In this document: positions 62,590 through 64,000 of the stretch, one piece after another
Numbering within the stretch: position 1 is the stretch's first letter
Layout: each line of letters starts with the position of its first letter
IMG/VR virus record: IMGVR_UViG_3300014913_001094
Span: 27,454 to 91,453 of that record
Direction: 5' to 3' (one strand)
DNA length: 64,000 nt
Origin: a virus
The notes under the pieces: generated by a model
What the model was told of the DNA's origin: nothing
The model's input: the letters and a program-made list of their open reading frames with translations, nothing else
Database searches by the model: none
Position numbers and translations under genes: made by a program

Positions 62590-63678
62590 ATGATTCCTTT
62601 TATAAAGCCAATTTTACCTTCTGCTGAAAGATATCAACAGCATATTTATGATATGCACGAAAACGAATGGTTTTCTAACAATGGTCCCCTTGTGCAGCAG
62701 TTTGAAAAGGCCTTACAGAAATATCTTAAAACACAAAGGGAAATCGTTGTAGTATCTAATGCAACAATAGGACTCATTCTTGCCCTCAAGGGACTACAAG
62801 AAATACAAGATCTCAAACAAGTGATAGTCCCCTCCTTTACATTTGCTGCCACAATAGCAGCGATAGAGTGGTGCAAAATGGATTATAAATATGTAGACAT
62901 AGACTCTACCTGGTCAGCTAGTGTTGAAGATGTTGAGAGGCTCTTAAGAGAAGGTGAGTTTGAAGCATTGATGCCAGTTCATACCTTTGGAGGTCCATGT
63001 AGGATTGAAGAGCTTGAAAGCATTGCAAAGAAGAACAACATAAAGTTGATCTTTGACGCAGCCCCAGCAATGGGATCGCTTTATCGTAATCAGCCTATAG
63101 GTAACTTTGGAGATATAGAAGTTTTCAGTCTCCATGCTACAAAAGTTCTTCCTGTTGGAGAGGGTGGCTTTCTTAGCATTAAAGACAAGGAAGTGGCAGA
63201 TCACGTAAGGCAGCTTAAAAATTTTGGATTTGATAGCAATAAAATAGTAGCATCGAATGGGCTAAATGGAAAGATGCCAGAGATGATGGCAGCCATAGGA
63301 ATAGAAGCTCTCAAGGATGTTGATCAGCATCTTCGAAATAGAAAGATGTATATTGAAAAATACAAAGAAATTCTTGGAGATATGGTTCAATATCAAGAAG
63401 TAATACCTGATAGTTCACATTCATTTCAATCTCTGGGTGTTTTGGTAGAGAATGCAGAGCAAGTTGTTTTTGAGATGGAAAAGCGAGATATTCAAGTGCG
63501 TCGATATTTTTCAGATCCTATGCATACTCATCTTGCCTATCGTCAATGTGGAACTGATCTTTCGATGACAAATCGTGTAGCAAAAGAGATTATAAATTTA
63601 CCACTTTACTCAATTATGGATGAACACACAATAGAGTGTGTATGTTCTAATTTAAAGGATATTATTAATGGATCATAA
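62590..63678 (+). CDS. vioA: DegT/DnrJ/EryC1/StrS PLP aminotransferase, VioA-like
   Basis: KP.LP, W.SNNGP..FE, NAT..L, PSFTF.AT, DAA, FSLHATK..GEGG, NGKM.E, RRYF. Confidence 0.8.
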   Translation: MIPFIKPILPSAERYQQHIYDMHENEWFSNNGPLVQQFEKALQKYLKTQREIVVVSNATIGLILALKGLQEIQDLKQVIVPSFTFAATIAAIEWCKMDYKYVDIDSTWSASVEDVERLLREGEFEALMPVHTFGGPCRIEELESIAKKNNIKLIFDAAPAMGSLYRNQPIGNFGDIEVFSLHATKVLPVGEGGFLSIKDKEVADHVRQLKNFGFDSNKIVASNGLNGKMPEMMAAIGIEALKDVDQHLRNRKMYIEKYKEILGDMVQYQEVIPDSSHSFQSLGVLVENAEQVVFEMEKRDIQVRRYFSDPMHTHLAYRQCGTDLSMTNRVAKEIINLPLYSIMDEHTIECVCSNLKDIINGS

Positions 63679-64000
63679 AAAATACATTCACTCACAAGCT
63701 AAGAGATTTTCTGGTGAAAATCATCAAGCACAGGGAAGATTGAAGCAAGCATTTAAGTTTTTTAAACCGATTGTTAAGTCTGACAAACCGTTACTCGACA
63801 TTGGTAGTCGAGATGGGTGGTTTATAGAGTTTTTAGAGCGAAAACGTTATAAGGATGTTCAGGGAATTGAAATTACCAAAAACGCTGTAGCGCATGCTCA
63901 ATCAAAAGGACGCAACGTGACATGGGGTGATGCGCATGATCTTTCAAGATTTATTGATGAGCAATTTACAACAGTTTTGATGATTCATAGTCTTGAACAT
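63668..64000 (+). CDS. Class I SAM-dependent methyltransferase (3' truncated; absent from the ORF track)
   Basis: ATG 63668: MDHKKY..LLDIGSRDG..GIEI..GDAHDL..HSLEH; open to the window end. Confidence 0.85.
   Translation, partial: MDHKKYIHSQAKRFSGENHQAQGRLKQAFKFFKPIVKSDKPLLDIGSRDGWFIEFLERKRYKDVQGIEITKNAVAHAQSKGRNVTWGDAHDLSRFIDEQFTTVLMIHSLEH

Noticed and set aside
44131-64000. Ordinary bacterial capsule or O-antigen locus (chimeric contig)
   Set aside because: No export, polymerase or initiating transferase genes; contains a phage-type Endo VII gene; shares a promoter-like motif and strand with the virion genes. The unseen downstream part could change this.

Overview
This window is best read as part of the morphogenesis (late) region of a large tailed dsDNA bacteriophage. 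All credible genes are on the + strand, densely packed, use genetic code 11, and have GGAG(G)-type ribosome-binding sites and bacterial intrinsic terminators. Layout: (1) 0-2 kb head module (partial upstream ORF, probable decoration protein, HK97-type major capsid protein) followed by a free-standing HNH endonuclease; (2) 3-28.9 kb mixed block with two signal-peptide trypsin-like proteases, an IMPDH/GMPR-family enzyme, glycosyltransferases (GTs), a TIM-barrel enzyme, a GHKL/MORC-like ATPase, LamG, beta-propeller and beta-solenoid fibre proteins, a clan GH-A hydrolase, a GluRS/GluQ-like enzyme with an inserted discoidin-like domain, and a 1294-aa GT2-TPR-MTase-GT4-GT2-GT4 enzyme; (3) 29-44 kb two ~1600-aa Thr/Gln-rich collagen-like fibres, Ig-like and Cys-rich proteins and a probable neck protein; (4) 44-64 kb a ~20-kb operon of 15 soluble GTs plus acetyl-, methyl-, pyruvyl- and sulfotransferases and a VioA/VioB-like pair, running off the window end. 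Main hypothesis: the phage encodes its own lipid-carrier-independent pathway to glycosylate very long collagen fibres on the virion, paralleling Bacillus BclA exosporium fibres and mimivirus fibrils. Two repeated promoter-like motifs and a candidate anti-RBS small RNA were also found. All annotations come from motif recognition by eye; no searches were run.
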